The notes under the pieces are model-generated. The model saw nothing but the letters and a program-made list of their open reading frames with translations, did not search any database and had not been told where the DNA came from. DNA of 64,000 nt, counting the filler, from Chiloscyllium plagiosum (Eukaryota): the NCBI RefSeq assembly GCF_004010195.1. It is 4 parts of one record of this genome, joined end to end, with 100 filler letters (N's around TTAATTAATTAA, not from the genome) between each part and the next. Parts side by side here need not be neighbours in the genome. Positions count along the whole stretch, not along the records: positions 46,793 to 64,000 come from NC_057715.1; 3 more parts are not named here. One strand, 5' to 3'. Positions 63,078 to 64,000 of this stretch are shown here, piece by piece. A program made the position numbers and the translations under genes. Position 1 is the first letter of the stretch, and each line of letters opens with the position of its first letter.

Positions 63078-64000
63078 AATGCTGAGGAAGTGCTGCACTG
63101 TCGGAGGGTCAGTGCTAAGGGAGTGCCGCACCGTCACAGGGTCAGTGCTGAGGGAGTGCCACACTGTCAGAGGGTCAGTGCTGAGGGAGTGCTGCACTGT
63201 CAGAGGGTCAGTGTTGAGGGAGCGCCGCACTGTCGGAAAGTCAGTGCTGAGGGAGTACCGCACTGTCGGAGCGTCAGTGCTGAGGGAGCGCCGCACTGTC
63301 GGAGGGTCAGTGCTGAGGGAGTGCCGCACTGTCAGAGCGTCAGTGCTGAGGGAACGCCGCACTGTTGGAGGGTCAGTGCTGAGGGAGTGCCGCACTGTTG
63401 GAGGGTCAGTGCTGAGGGAGTGCTGCACTGTCACAGGGTCAGTGTTGAGGTAGCGCCGCACTGTCGGAAAGTCAGTGCTGAGGGAGTGCCGCACTGTCGG
63501 AGAGTCAGTGCTGAGGGAGTGCCGCACTGTCAGGGTCAGTGCTGAGGGAGTGCCGCACTGTCGGAGGGTCAGTGCTGAGGGAGTGCTGCACTGTCAGAGG
63601 GTCAGTGTTGAGGGAGTACCGCACTGTTGGAGCGTCAGTGCTGAGGGAGTGTCGCACTGTTGGAGGGTCAGTGCTGAGGGAGTGCTGCACTGTCAGAAGA
63701 TCAGTGCTGAGGGAGTGCCGCACTGTCGGAGGGTCAGTGCTGAGGGAGTGTCGCACTGTTGGAGGGTCAGTGCTGAGGGAGTGCTGCACTATCAGAGGGT
63801 CAGTGCTGAGGGAATGGGCCCTGTCGGCGGGTCATTGCTGAGGGAGGGCCGCACTGTCGGAGGGTCAGTGCTGAGGGAGTGCCACACTGTCAGAGGATCA
63901 GTGCTGAGGGAGTGCCGCACTGTCGGAGGGTCATGCTGAGGGAGTGCCACACTGTCACAGGGTCAGTGCTGAGGGAGTGCCACACTGTCGGAGGGTCAGT
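63078..64000 (+). repeat. 33-bp satellite, about 28 copies, continuing past the window end
   Basis: Unit gtcagtgctgagggagtgccgcactgtcggagg. Confidence 0.96.

Overview
This is eukaryotic, repeat-dense vertebrate DNA. The repeat set (HE1-type V-SINEs, Deu/Nin-domain SINEs, many CR1 LINEs, Penelope-like elements) points to a cartilaginous fish, probably a shark. The window is four assembly pieces joined by artificial 100-bp spacers (44 N + TTAATTAATTAA + 44 N), and it has three further N gaps. The only host gene I can recognise is PDE2A on the + strand: two consecutive GAF-A-region coding exons (46958-47088 and 62748-62859) with canonical, phase-matched splice sites. Their 15.7-kb intron is mostly a Gmr1-like Gypsy LTR retrotransposon carrying nested CR1, Penelope, SINE and solo-LTR insertions. 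The most interesting signal is a set of minimal type-I hammerhead ribozyme motifs in Penelope terminal repeats from at least three families. These include two short (about 230-270 bp) TSD-flanked fold-back insertions that carry one hammerhead on each strand. Other observations are two local inverted duplications, a near-identical CR1 tract bounded by Penelope insertions, a 33-bp satellite apparently amplified from a SINE core, and a few candidate exons and regulatory motifs. Most ORFs in the supplied track are TE fragments, satellite translations or N-gap artefacts. All identities are judged by eye and no database searches were run.
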